A stretch of DNA of 63,814 bases, filler included, from Choristocarpus tenellus KU-1152 (GCA_964200185.2; 11 parts of 11 records of this genome joined end to end with filler, not necessarily neighbours in it); one strand, 5' to 3'; shown: positions 38,361 to 52,389, counted from the first letter of the whole stretch. Numbers and translations are program-made. Notes: a model not told the origin generated them from the letters alone.

Positions 38361-40573
38361 AAGTGTTGTCCCACTCCCTCCAATAGTTTTCCTCCTCTGG
38401 TCTTGTTGTGGTCGTTCCCTTGATGACAACAAGGTCGTTCGAGATGTATGAGTCAGACCCATTGAGTGTAGAAACTAAGGTGGAGGAAGAAAGAGCGAGG
38501 TGGACGGTATATCAATATATTTTTATTATTATCTACCCCAAGATTTTTTCTAGATGTGTGAGGGAAAATTTGTTGTATCGTAGAAATCATCCAGTATACC
38601 GTCAGTTTCAGTTTTGTATTAACTTGTCCTCAATCCTCTATTCAAATACGCAATTATTGTAGAGGACAGCAGAAAGTACAGAAATACATCAACGAGTCTC
38701 TTCACACATTTTGTCATCTTCCTCAAGTGCATGGTGGATAGGTTGAAATGGGTGGGTCTCGTAGCCCTAGGCGACGCTTTGGCGAGAGGCACGACCAGAA
38801 AATGGAGCCCGATCCCGTGACTCCTCCCTCATGTCGTAATTTGGACCTTCGGTCAAGGGTGGGAGGTCGGGGCTTTGAAATGCGGGGGCAGCGAGGTCGA
38901 GGGAACTGGAGACAGAGGCGGGAGAGACAAGGGGAAGTCCTGGAGGTTAGAGAGGGATAATCTGTTGAAGAAATTGAAAGGAAGAGACACAAAACGATGG
39001 TTATTACGGTGTGTTACCATGGTCGTGTTTTGGGCAGATGATCAAACTTTGTAGAGTACTTCGGCACGTTGCGAAGCAGCCTTAAGGCTTGAAGAGTAAA
39101 GAGTCTCCCCTGTCATCGCGAAGGGTTAATGGGAGATTCTACTGTGTCGAACTGTTGTGTCCTATGTTGGACTGATGTCGATGAAGGTCACTTATTGGGC
39201 GCCTCCAACCGTATGTGGTACAATCTTGCCAGTTGTGGTACTTCAACAAATGGTGCTGGTCTTGTACTTCATCGCTACTACTGCTCATTGTTCGTAACTG
39301 TTTGACTGCTTGTCTTTTGTTGTATTGCAATGCTGCAATTTCCTTGTTCAAACACCTGCACACATTGTTAATACGCCCACTGCAAGGGTACATCGTAATT
39401 CTATACTACAGTGCCGTACTTCGCATTCCCGCTATTTTCAGCACTCTTCGCATCATCCTGCTGCGCTGTGTGCAGTACAAGGCCTTTTTTTCGCATTCCA
39501 GTAAGGTATTACATTTGTTGCGCTCGCTTTGTAATGAAGATGTGGCACTTAACTGCGCGTTTTTACATTTTGCACCATGGTGAGTATTGTTCAATATCCC
39601 GACTTCGAGAGTATATTGCAAGCAGTGTTGAAGTTTTTCTGGAGTATCATGTACTATCTGTGGTCTTGCAAATTCTTGAGGGGCATATAATTAGAGTGAA
39701 TGCTGCAGCTATCTTGACTGGTCTATGAGTAGGCCTTGTTGAGAGGAACATCCCAAGTACCCAATGGCAATGTGCTGCATGGTCTTGATCGCACACTCTT
39801 CTGTCGAATACCATTGCAATGTGTGTTTTCCCCTTCATCCTTTGCGATAACTCTTACTGTCCCTCCAACTCGATTGCCTGCACTACTCTGAGCCTCACCG
39901 AGTTTTAGAACGTGCAAGTATCATACAGGCACACGCACTTGAGCATATCTATGCGCGCACCCTTACGTACACCCAGCCCCCCTACATGTAGTCCGAAGAA
40001 TAATTATTTGGATAAGTATTGCGTTGATTTGTTGACATCTGTGCCTAGGGAATACATCTACTACTGCGGTTGGTGTTGGGAAACCAGAGTAAACCGACCA
40101 CCACTGTTGAGTTTGATAAGTTGTCTATAATTAGGCTCAGGATCTGGTTTAAGGCATGATCAGGAAGCACTACTAGAGTGTGCCATTTCCACATGTGGGT
40201 TGGGCTGTAGTTCACAGTTTCAAGTTGCATAGTGTCTCGTTTTTTTTTGTAATCCCACTGTTTTGGGAGCTCGACAATGCCAGTGCGTGTTTCATTTATA
40301 AGGGTTAGGGGTGGTATGAAGGGTCGGATGATGCTCTGTCATGCTGTAACTGCACATCCCAAGCATTCATCTCTGCAAGTCCTTTTTTTTTTTCTCCTGT
40401 CAGTCAACCAAGGCATGGATGTACTGCGTTGGAATCTGTACATTTGTAGGCAGAGGCCAGCCAATCTTCCCCCNNNNNNNNNNNNNNNNNNNNNNNNNNN
40501 NNNNNNNNNNNNNNNNNTTAATTAATTAANNNNNNNNNNNNNNNNNNNNNNNNNNNNNNNNNNNNNNNNNNNN

Positions 40574-40615
40574 CCCTGGTGTAGACCCCCCCCCCCCTCC
40601 CAGATACTTTGGGTC
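40574..40615 (-). mobile_element. MITE family B terminus at contig edge
   Basis: CCCTGGTGTAGACCCCC...CAGATACTTTGGGTC. Confidence 0.75.
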
Positions 40616-41123
40616 TTATGTATTGGTTTAGTTAGGCACAAGGTAAATTTTACGTGAATTCCGTACCAGGTACATCAATCGTGTATGTATGTGGGTGAAC
40701 AGTACTGCCTTATACACTTGCACCTTGTGCATCGAGCTCAATACGGATAACAACTTCCTCCACCCTTCCAATATCTCGTTTGGACCATCGATTGTTTAAA
40801 AAATGCATCATGTACTTTTAGCGGCAGTCACCTCAACTGCCAACCAATTGACTCAGGAAAGGAGGTAGGAGTTTGTGCTCCCCCTACTCTGGAGCAGAAA
40901 TCTCTGAGCTACATCAGAGATAATAATGACTTTGGTTGTACTCTGAACCACCCTATCTTAGAAGGGGTTCGATTTAGGTCCTTCAGAGTATTTGGGGCTT
41001 TCAAAACGTTCTGTGTGACGCCCCATTTCTCATGCCTGAAATGCATATTAACACTACAAATAGCGAACACAATCAAATTGATCAATCATTTGTTCTAAAG
41101 AAGTACCTGCCCGTGAGGCGCAC

Positions 41124-41967
41124 CTTGGTCTCCATCTCTGCCTTCCGTTGCTCTGCAATTAAGGCCTTGCGCATGCCAAAGGCAATACTACTCTCGTATA
41201 GAGTCTGGTACGCCGCAATTGTCATGTGGATTTCGTCTCGAACTCGGAGCAAGAGAAGCCCCCTCTCTGCGCAATTGATGGTCACCTGACGTATGAGTTC
41301 GTCTCAACAATCGATGCAGATACAAAGAGGGTTGTGGGTGGAGAAGATTGGTTCCTGGGGCTGATACTGTTCTCTTCTCCCTGTAGATAGTTTCTACAAT
41401 TGAGAGATACCCCCTTTGCGTGCCCTGTATAGCAGCTAACATAGATGGGGCCGGTCAACAAGCTCACCAAAGCACTGTGCGTAGAGTTCCTCCCGAATAG
41501 GGCATATGCCAGTTTCCCGTGCTTGTCGCTGCTGAAGCTTGTGGTCCAAGTTTTCTTGTAGATTAATGACGTCTAACCGAGTAGCAGGTGTACTGGACAC
41601 GTACTGTACCCAGAGCTGCCCTTCGTCCGTCCATTCCCTGAAAGTTGGCAGCGCCCAAGGATATTGTTGATGGCAAAAGTGTACCTCAAGGATTTCTGAC
41701 CCAGGGGGTATGATTTTTAATGAAGACCTGCTGATTCTTGATGTGCAAAGAAGAAAAACCTATCGCATACTTTTATTGTCTCCTAGATTGCCACCATTCA
41801 CACCTCGGTGGTAATATAGAGTTGAGTATGTCTTCTGTTTGCGTGGATTGACGCTCTACGGCTGCCAGCTGGGTTTTCTTCTTCTGAATTTTCCCGCCCT
41901 TTTCCTTGGTGGTGCTCACTAGCACAGGGTTGTCGTACTTAACCAATGAGTTGTGGGGAGGTATCAT
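41124..41967 (-). CDS. DNALI1: Axonemal dynein light intermediate chain p28 (DNALI1/IDA4), 3'-incomplete
   Basis: Exons 41967-41804 (MIPPHNSLVKYDNPVLVS...TEDILNSILPPR), 41637-41468 (EWTDEGQLWVQYVSSTPATRLDVINLQE...QRQARETGICPIREELYAQCF) and 41302-41124 (DELIRQVTINCAERGLLLLRVRDEI.MTIAAYQTLYESSIAFGMRKAL). Confidence 0.95.
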
Positions 41968-43544
41968 TGTAAACTTGTTCGTGATACAACAATGAGCTTA
42001 CACCTCCTCGGATGTTGCGTAATTGCTCTTTTTTGTTGATATGTTAGGGATATTCTTTTCTAGACAGTTTCGCTCAATAACGCCGAGCAAGGAAGGGAAA
42101 GTCGTATTGTTCCGACCAAGCCAGTATGGAACACTTCAAAGTACAGGAGGGATTGCAACCGAGAATGATTAATGAACCATTAAAGCTCCTCCAAAACCTC
42201 AAACTGCGGCGAGGCTACCAGTCAGTAGTTAATTATATATGAATGAACACAACAAGAATGGCTATCTAGTCTGTGTGAGGAGGGAGGTTGTACTTCACTT
42301 TCCGCCCTTCAAAAATTCACAACAGGTTGTATATAAATTCGCACTACATAGAGTACAATCTTACCACTGTTAACCAAGAAATATCTTGCCAAGATTTAGG
42401 CGTTATTATGAAGAGTTGAACCATTTTTTGAAGTAGAGGGTATACGGTCGACAACAAATAATAGTAGTAGTACGCAATGAAGTAAAAATAATACTATTAA
42501 TAATAGTGATAATGGTAGTAAGAATACTAATAGTGATAATGAATAATATTAAACAGTCTTCAAACAACACAATACCTACACTCTTAGTCATAGGGGAGAA
42601 ATGGCGTGGAGTCACATGTGGCTCTTTTTAGGAGGGCATCATGCTTTCAGCCTTCCGTGCTGGCTATCGCCTCTACCTTGAGGAATATTTTGGTTGTATG
42701 ATGGTGCATGTGGCAGTTTGGAGTCAGATCGATGATTTTGTCCAAGCTCACGAGCAGAGGTCATTGACAGGTCAGGATCACAGTTGCTGGCTACACATCT
42801 GAGTGAAATAGAGGGTGAACAGGTTATTTGACACCTCAACTCCTCGTCTATCTCTTCCTCTAACCTGTTGAGGATCATTCCTCCGCCCTAACAGGTCCCA
42901 TCATGGAGTAAGTAGACAATACCTCCTTACAGACATGAGAGAAGACTATCGAGGTGGCAGTTTTAGCAAAGGCAACTAAGTGAGTTCTTTGAAAGGGTAT
43001 GTGTGAATGATTGTCTTCGCCTAGAATCATCAGCAAGTCCAGGCACAGATGCCCACAAGTTTGGGGGGCCTGGTCTATCCTCCATGAGCCACCACCAACA
43101 TGCTGATCGGCAGGATTGTTGGTGACTCTAACCACTCTTCTGACCAGAGGGAAAGGGCCATATGGAGAGGCCTTTACGTAGGCCATTTGTACCAGCCCTG
43201 CAGCACAGGCACTTAGATTGTCAATCCATGCCATGACCTCATAAGGAGTCCAATCAGAGGACCTGGCAGGAATTTTTGGTCAGTGTTGGGTTGGCAGGGA
43301 ACGCACAAACCACTCCTTTTACTCCAGTTCAGGAGGTTGGTTCACTTACACCTTTGCAGCTCATGATGCCAGGATAAGGAAGGCCCAGCATGGGTTCAAA
43401 CTTCTATTGAATGGGATAGACTTCGACTCCTTCAGTTACAACGCACCAGCCTTCCTGTAGCTCCAGGGGAACAGGGGTGGGAAAATTCCTTGCTGACTCC
43501 AGCCCATGATAGAAGTCATTGTGGGCAAGGAGTTAGTGCACGGG

Positions 43545-43598
43545 GACCCAAAGTATCAGGGAGGGGGGGAGGGGTCTACACCAGGGGGTCCATTTGGG
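43545..43598 (+). mobile_element. MITE family B left end, truncated by linker
   Basis: GACCCAAAGTATCAGGGAGGGGGG...CTACACCAGGGGGTCCATTTGGG. Confidence 0.75.
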
Positions 43599-43698
43599 NN
43601 NNNNNNNNNNNNNNNNNNNNNNNNNNNNNNNNNNNNNNNNNNTTAATTAATTAANNNNNNNNNNNNNNNNNNNNNNNNNNNNNNNNNNNNNNNNNNNN

Positions 43699-43874
43699 CC
43701 CTCCCAGATACTTTGGGTCTATCCTTGTTCCAGGCACACCTTCTCATAAGGTGTACATTTTACCTACTCCTAAACATTTTGGAGTAGGAAAATGTCATTA
43801 AAAAAAACCTTGCGAAACCAAGCACTAAAGGGATAAACGGGGCAAAACTCGTACCCTCTAAGATACTTTCACTC
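43699..43874 (+). mobile_element. MITE-B end (43699-43719) inserted into a MITE-A copy (43720-43874)
   Basis: CAGATACTTTGGGTC is followed directly by the internal family-A sequence TATCCTTGTTC..., ending TACCCTCTAAGATACTTTCACTC. Confidence 0.8.
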
Positions 43875-44449
43875 TGACCACCACCCAGACTGATTCGTTC
43901 TATGGGAGGATGTCATTTGACTGAGTCTACACATCGCCATGTGTGTTATTGTAGTGGTACTACATTCTGGAACTTATTGCTGGATTCACTTAGTCTTCTT
44001 GGACTTTCTCTTGTCTTCGTTTTCATCAACGAAGACAAAGTAGACATGGTCAATTAAGATGTGAGTTCTTCATTTCCATGGGATAAACAAAAATAGTAGC
44101 TAACAAGACGAAGAAGAGCCCTACCGCTAGTTTCTACTTCTGCTTTATCTTCTTGCTTGATGAAAGTTTTGTTTGTTTGTATTTAAATATATACTTATTG
44201 TTGTCTTATCTGTCTGTGCTGTTAGTTTACAGTTAGGGTTGGGCTCAGGGTTAGGTTTAGTGAGGTAATTTCTTCACACTTCACTACTTAAGTGTATTAC
44301 GTAACTTTGTAAAACAGTTGGGAAAATGATCGAACTATATGCCAGAGTGATGTGGCATACGTAATCTGGGTAAGTATGGTGCTCAAAGTACGGGTAATGT
44401 ACTAAGAGATTCCCCAAAAGTACTGCTAAAGTACTCTCCAACTTCAGAA

Positions 44450-46960
44450 TTATGGCCGTGGTCGCCACTGTGAAACAGATGGAAACAGGCCGACAGGTTG
44501 TTCAGACTGAAGGGGAGTGGGAAGATCCACAGGAGGAAGGGAGAGAGACAAGGCAAGAGGGAGAGCAATCCCTCAGAAAATCACTCAGGAAAGAGTGAAC
44601 AACAAAATGTGAGTGAGGGGAGTTTGCAAGGTCCCCTCAAACCACCCACAATTTACTTCAAGCAGATGTTAACTTCAACATGCAAAAATAGATGTCATAT
44701 GAACAACAGATCTTCAAGGTAGGTCACATTAAAGGTATATCTTGGTTAGAAGATGGTTCTCACATTTCTCGATTTCTCTTTTAGAGATTCATGCAGCCTA
44801 CTACATGTTTCGGTTTGTGATAAGCGTCAAGAAATCGGCATTTCCTGTATCAGATATGTATTTCAAAAGACCCAGACCTCTTGGTTGAATCTGACTCTGT
44901 ATCATTAATTCTACACGATACGTAGTTTTGGAGTTAGCAATCTTATCTCAAGGAAGAGTAAACTATCAGAACACTTGAAGTGATTGGTGATGGTGGTAAT
45001 TAAGGGTGGATGGTCCTCCTGTATTCGATTCTCAAATGACATTTAATTTTCAGCCTTACAAAACTTCTTTTAAAATTGGATATACATTAAGATTATCCAA
45101 CTATAATTGAATCAATTAAGAATAATATTCGACTATGTGAATTAAATCGAACTGAGTTGTCGGCGCACTTGCGCAGGTCACCGAGTGGGTATGGCGCCGA
45201 GAGGCAAAAACTCCAAATCATCCAAAGATCTCAACAGGCAGATCTGAACCCTTGAACAGTGAAATGCCCAGTGAGTTGTGGGTAGTGACACCTTGGGACG
45301 AATATGTGGTTCTTCTGTGACCTCGGACACATGCAGTTATCAAACTTCTACTTGTATAGCTATTTATTAAAAATATCCCAAGCTTTTCAGTTCGGCTATT
45401 CTGTTCTTCTCATAAATCGAACTGTCATGATTCACAACACAAATATAGATACGAAAAAGTGGAAGACTACCAGGCAAAATATTATGAGGAAGACACATTT
45501 TCAAGAGACACATATCTACTCAAGCGAAATTTTATACTTTGTAAGGTCAGGTTGAAACAAAATCAGAGCGATCTGGAAATAGTCAGATCCCCATATATAT
45601 CCACAGTGGCAGTTACTATTTTGTTTACCAAAGTAATAACTGCGGATATATATAGAGGGATCGGATTATTACCATATCACTGGATCTCGTTTTATTTTTT
45701 TGGGTTTTTGTCTCCACCAATCCACTACTATTGTCCAACACCAACACATTGCATCACACAGACTGCAAAAATAGATTCAGCAATACACGCTCAAAGCAAT
45801 CCATACTTCGGATGCTCCAACGAAGTTATATTCAAAATCCAGATGGGATTTCCCGTCAACTCAGCGAGATTTTTATGTATACCTTTTCGAATAAATTATC
45901 TTCTTTTGATTGATGAATAATGCATAGTATGTATCCAACCAGCAAGGCACCATCTGTCCCTCTTGCTACAATTGTTATTGTACGGCATGCGAAATAGACA
46001 CGACTATTTTTAGACGATTAATTTTATGTAACAGCTCTGACCACTTCTGAAGGCCATGCGTTTATTTTATCAGGGACTATGTCAGTGAACCAGATCCTTA
46101 TGGTGGAATACATCCTGACATCATTACATGAGAAGACGGAACTCAGTTCCAACTACCCATCAAGATGAACCAATAATGAACATGACCATAAAGTCTAATC
46201 CTTAGATATGGATATTTCACAGTCGAATCTCGGGAATAATTCCTTCACAATTTATTATAAACGTGATCACATGACACAACTGAGTCAAAGTAAGTGAGAG
46301 GTACCCAGGGTTGAATTTTAAGGATATTGATAAATAGGTTCAATATTCTACTTTTTTTACAAGTTCGTTTAAGAAGTTTTCTGAATTGTGTCGAAAAATC
46401 TCTAACAAGAGAGAAATCAACACTCTCAAGTCATACTTGGCACTTCGTCCATAGAAATATGGATGAATTGCAAATATATGAAAAAGTGGCTTTAACTGAA
46501 ACGCGATCAAAGCGTGGGTACCTCTCCCTTACTTTGACTGACTACACTAGAATATCTAAAATCCCCACATATCAAAATCAGCTTATCCAAACGCTGCAAA
46601 TGCCCCACACATTGTCAGCTATGTTGATACACATTGCACATGACCATCACCTATTAATTAATTGTGGACGGAACAAATAAGAAAAAGATGTGGGAACATG
46701 GATATAAGGTGAGTGAGGTATGGTACAAGTTACACTTCAGATAAAGTTTGGGCGATGGCACCATCTGGGATAATCTTAAAATTCTGAACAACAAGTGGTC
46801 ATTTCTGGCTTTGGAAACTGGAAGAGATTCGTACAGAGTACAGTGAACTTTTTGAACCCAGTTTGGACTTTTGAAATCCAGTATGAAATTCCAATATATT
46901 TTTCTTTTTGGCGGTTGCGTTTGGCGAGACGGAACTGAAATGGAATTATTCATACATGTT
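44450..46960 (+). mobile_element. Probable decayed Copia-like pol remnant
   Basis: 46850-46955 is homologous at nucleotide level to about 1985-2095 (TTTGAACCCA...GACGGAACTGAAATGG), interpreted as an RNase H end. The upstream part is AT-rich with broken ORFs; extent uncertain. Confidence 0.3.
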
Positions 46961-47717
46961 GTAGTTTGTTGGTGGTGTGGAGGTCGTTGAAATGAGCCTA
47001 TTCTTGCGGTGTGTCTTGCAAGTGCGCATTCTTTGTTGACTTTTAAAGGCCGATATAGAACACTGTGTTGTTGTACTGCTGTAACTACCTCATTCTGTTC
47101 CTCAATATATTGTTGGGTGGCTGATGTATTAGATTATATGTATTGTGTTTGATAGAGATATTTCTAGATGCTAAACTCTCAACAGAACTTTGATATTTCA
47201 AGGTCAATATAGAATATCATACTGTTATTATACTATTATATCAGCGTTCTTTTGTTACCTTCGATATGCGTTAAATTGAATGTGATGAACATTTCTTGTA
47301 GATGCCAAACACTCAACGAAATACTTTATTCCTATATCGAAAAATCAATACTGTCATATAACTGATAGTAAAATAGTGAATAGATAGTGTTTTTCACATT
47401 TATGACAACTGATACCATTTTAGGGTTTATTCTGACATGTGAATCGTTTTTGTTGACTTTTCCCCTGACACATCTGAAAAATGTCAATATAGAAAACTAT
47501 GGTGATATATTGTCCTACCATACCTCCCCCATTCTGTTGATGGCTGGTGGGTCAGAATACAGTGGGTTACCCGATTTTGTTCACCCATGGGCATGCCCGA
47601 AAAAGCGGAACAAAATCGATGTGGTATAAAATACCATTTGTATCACTTGGTACAAAACCGGACATCCGAATATGTGCCAAATGGTACAATATCGGTAGAA
47701 TTTTTTAAGCAGGATTG

Positions 47718-48180
47718 CACACGTCTGATGGCTACGACTAGTAATCATGGTAATCGTAATCGTTGAGCTAATCTTGGAGAGTTTCAAGAATTAGTCGTAG
47801 AATCGACTAATAATCGTGGCATTCCTGGGAAATCAATCGTAGAATCGACTAAGAATCGTGGCATTCCTGGGAAATCAATCGTAGAATCGACCAACAATCA
47901 TGGCATTCCTGGTCAATCAATCGTAGAATCGATTACATAATCGTGGTGAGCTGGGAAATCAATCGTCGAAGAGACTAATTAATCGTGGCGAGCTGGGAAA
48001 TCAATCATGGAGTCGACTAATTAATCATGGCGAGCTGTGAAAACAATCGTGTAATCGAAAAATTAATCATGGTGAGCTGGGAAATCAATCGTTGAAGCCA
48101 CTAAAAATCGTCAGTTTATTTCTCAACACCCACGATCGTGATTAAAACGTTTTTACGATTAAATAATCGTCAGACGTGTG
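47718..48180. mobile_element. Non-autonomous CAC-ended (CMC/EnSpm-like) DNA transposon with an internal 42-bp tandem array
   Basis: Starts CACACGTCTGA and ends TCAGACGTGTG (11-bp TIR). Contains about 7.5 units of GTAGAATCGACTAATAATCGTGGCATTCCTGGGAAATCAATC from 47797 and many AATCGT motifs. Confidence 0.75.
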
Positions 48181-51100
48181 CAGGGTTGTGAAAAGACGAA
48201 AGACCGAATCGACACAAAGACGTGCTACAACATGATTGTAACTGTACGCCACATACTCCACGGTTCAGTGGATACGTCTCGTGGTCCTTGCAAGCTTCAT
48301 GGATAGGATGGAAACGATGACGAGCGCTTTTTTTTCATGATGTTTATGTGTTAACGCGAATCTCCCGCCTCACCATACGGAAAGAGAATACTGTATGTAC
48401 NNNNNNNNNNNNNNNNNNNNNNNNNNNNNNNNNNNNNNNNNNNNTTAATTAATTAANNNNNNNNNNNNNNNNNNNNNNNNNNNNNNNNNNNNNNNNNNNN
48501 GCAACATTTACAAAAAAACACATGTGCACTTTCCGCGCACCATTCCGGGTCTCGCTCATCCTCCATAAAAAGCTCCATCCTCAATTTTGGTGATCAGCTG
48601 TTATATATTGGTGGTGTCTGTGCATGTGTTGCTAATGTGTTAGAAATTGGTGTGTACACATGAGTGGACACATAGCAGGTTGTTACGGTCTGCAGTATTG
48701 TATGAGACACACTGTTGCGTGTGTTGTCAACTTTTTGGAACTTGGTCGTGTGTAGTAATGGCATAGTTTAGTATCCTTTTTCTCTCTCTAGATGATATTT
48801 GATGTCTCCAAGTACAACACACCAAGGGACAAATCTCGTCATCAGAGGTAGCCTGGTCATATATTCTGAGAGGTGGCATTATATGGGGCAATATACAAGG
48901 GAACCTGTTTTACTTCCATTTCAACCCTGGCATGTATGATGTTGTCTTCTTGCTGGACCAGAGTGCCATGTTGATAACACATTACACACATCACATTTTT
49001 ATTGAACAGTGCGTCACAAGCAACGTGTTTGAACTCCCTCGCCCAGCGGAAGGGGAATCCAGCACCATCAGTAAGGCAGGGTTCATTGTCGCCCATGACA
49101 CCCGCATATTTATTTTGTTATTTATCTCGCCGTTGTTAGAAATACAGGGATAGGGCACACAACGATTTAACGTGTGTGGGAGCAGAGAGAGTCATCAGCC
49201 TTATCTCTCTCGCCAGTAGTTGGTGCCATCCAACAGGTCCAAACTATTCACTCCTGCACCACCGACATATCCCAACATTCAAAATAGCATACAAAGTAAT
49301 TTTAAAGTAAGAACAACACATGCTTGGTGTGGTGCAGCAGTATGGTTTAGAGCATGAGAGAAAATCTGAAGAAATACATCTTTAAACGAATGTATATGGA
49401 GCACTGTGCGATATTGTTACAGGCAATATGTCTCGAAGGGGGTTTCATAAACACCATTATGACCTTGAAGTTCTAGATTTGATATATTTGTACTTCTTGA
49501 CTATTTATTTATTTAGTTATTTTCATGCCCCCACGTGGTACATCGTTGCCAGTTCCTTTTATATGACGATTTTGATGATAATCCAAGTGAGAGATCCAGC
49601 ATACTTGACGACTTGTGCATCAGGAGTCCTATACGTGCGTCAGTATCATCTATAGGCCTGTAGATTGGAGCTATACATCCTGTGGAGGTAAGCTTCTGGA
49701 GCGCACTGTAACAATATCACTGGTGTCTCGTTTTTGACATAATAAAAGTTCTTCATCTACCTCAAAATACAATTTGTTTGAAGAAAATGACACTTGAGTG
49801 CATCCGTTGTTCACATCGACTCTCACATCATGGTGGGTGAAAACGCCTGTTGTTCCCCTTCTTTGAATACGCCGAACAAACCATGTTGAAGCAAAATGTA
49901 TGTTAGACATCATCAGGTGTTGTGTGCTGCAGCATCGTCGGGTGTTGACCTGACTGGCAGCATGGTCCACCATCCTGGTAGTTAGGGAGAGAGATAATCC
50001 TTACCTCTTTCCTGCATCCAGCAGATAACGCAACGCGCAATTGTAACAGTTGTGTTCAACATCTTGAGAATGTACAAGCTTTGAATATATTTTGTTGTGT
50101 TAGTCGGTACGGTCGGTTACCAATGCTATTTGGTATTTGGGATAAAGTGACAACTTGCAGGACCCGATGGATATACATAGAACATCTTGGCAGAACCTAC
50201 AAAACAACCCAAAAAATAAAAAATAAAAATACATAGATGGCATAGACTCCATCCACACCTTCTCGTTCATAGAATGTTTCAACATGTGTATTTATATAGA
50301 TACTTGCCATCCAACGTGACACATGGGAAGGAGGAAGTGTCTGTGGGAGGGGGCGTTGTGGGGGTTCCCCCCCCCCTCCTCCATTGTTATGTCTCTTCAT
50401 TTCAATACACAATCGAGGAGAGGTTGGTTAGGGTTGCATTCTAAGGACGATCCAAGGAAAGAGCAGAATGGTACCTTTTTCCACAATTGTGGAAAAGAAG
50501 GATCGCTGACCCTGCGTAGTGAGAATTTGTGTGGGGAAAGGGAAATGGCGGTCTATTGATTTCTAACGTACACTGCTTTGCACACACTCAAAGCAACGAA
50601 AATAGAGTGCGCATTGAGCGAATAAATAGGGAGATAGGCAATTTTTTGGACACTTCTTTTGAATTCTAAGACATGTTTCCTACTCCTGTGCAGTGCACTC
50701 AATGTTTTATAACCTTCACGTGCACAACAGCGTGTACACAAAATCGGTATTTTCCCTCCCCCCCCACACACAAACTGAAATCACCAGGTCAGCAAGAGCC
50801 TCTTTCCTACATACTACTAAACGGTACCGTTCTTCCCCTTTGCCGGATCATTCTTCTCAAATTGCAACCCTGCCTGCCTCTCTACCAGTTTGAATCAATT
50901 CCGCACACAGTGGAAAGGAAGCATCGCTTCGAACACAACAAACACTTCCAAGACCTCCCTAGCTCTACATTCCTTTTCCTTATCAAGGCACCTTCCCTCT
51001 GTAGCTTTGCACTTTCACATTCTATCAAATTCACCAGGTCGTTCAACAGAATACAAAGACACTGAATCGTAGGCAACGTGTTCACTTCCGTCCCATCACA

Positions 51101-52389
51101 CACACTTCTGAAGATGTGTATCCCAAATACGTCAACTTATATCCTCCCAAAAGAAATATCCTGCTTTTTAAAGATTCAATTATGTAGTCCTTGATCTCTT
51201 TGGAGATGCTCTGTCTTCATCGCAGAATCTCTTCCTTTCCCTCCTCAACAATGACATCTAAATATGTATGCTTCCATACATTTATCACCAACATTTGCGG
51301 CAAGGTAATTTGATGAAAATCGTTGGACATAGCATATACCCGGCACCATGTAATTCCTCCCCACAAACGCCAACAAAAAAACGCATTTATCAACCCTTCC
51401 CCAGGTGTGGAATGTGTCATCCTTTTCTCCACAGTCTCCTGTCAAGGAATCCCTCCCCCACACACACACATACGCACACACACACGGACACATACAAATA
51501 TTTATAAATTATGTAGTGACAATAGACAGCACACAACAATGAGAAACATAAACGTTCCTCTTCCAAAATATGTCACATACTTTGTAACTCATAGAAAATA
51601 TTATTATTACTATTATGCTGTCTGGCGAAAAGCCAATTAATTATATATCAGAACCCCTCAAAAAGTAATACCGTAGTTGTTGTAAATGTGACACACATTT
51701 TTCTGTATCTATTTACTATTTCACTACCAACTATGCCACGCCACTATCCTCCTGAATATCCAACCTAGCTTAGTCCTACGCTTCACGGTGAGGAGGTAGG
51801 GAAACATCCCAAGAATCTAACAAGCCCCTCCTTGCCCATCTTTTTTGGTGTCTCCAGCTTAAAACGCATGACACATCTAGATAGAGCTACTTGTGTTGTG
51901 ACAAGACAAGATCAGTCGTAGATAGGATTTGACAAGCACCATTATCGTTGAGAATAGATATTTGTGTTTGTGAAGTTAACCTCTGTTTCCATACCATCTC
52001 TCCACTTAACTACCTATTCTGTTTATAGTAGTTTTCTCTAATGCATACAAATACAGAGAAGAGTCGAAATCAGAACCTTCACAACAAATACGATACAGTG
52101 GGTTGTTAAAGTATCCCCAAAATCATCAAAGAGGATAAAGGTGATAAACCCGGCGGATTGCTTGATGTCTGTAGAGTTATTGATTAAATTTAGGTGGGGC
52201 ATGCAAGGCCCCATAAAATCAGAAATATTTCCTTTTATATGAGAAAAATTTTCATTCAACTAATCACTAGTAAAAGGTTCTGATAACNNNNNNNNNNNNN
52301 NNNNNNNNNNNNNNNNNNNNNNNNNNNNNNNTTAATTAATTAANNNNNNNNNNNNNNNNNNNNNNNNNNNNNNNNNNNNNNNNNNNNCT

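Noticed and set aside
39130-39900. Merlin/IS1595-like transposase remnant
   Set aside because: Only a vague WVLG resemblance; catalytic motifs and TIRs were not identifiable.
18988-41967. Functional cluster of inner-arm dynein genes (DNAH6-like plus p28)
   Set aside because: Three artificial linkers separate them; physical linkage cannot be inferred from this window.
47797-48110. CRISPR-like array
   Set aside because: Units are contiguous tandem copies without unique spacers, lie inside TIRs, and there are no cas genes in this eukaryotic context.
47558-48396. Tc1/mariner element with TA-CAGT...ACTG-TA ends
   Set aside because: Inverted similarity does not extend beyond 6 bp.
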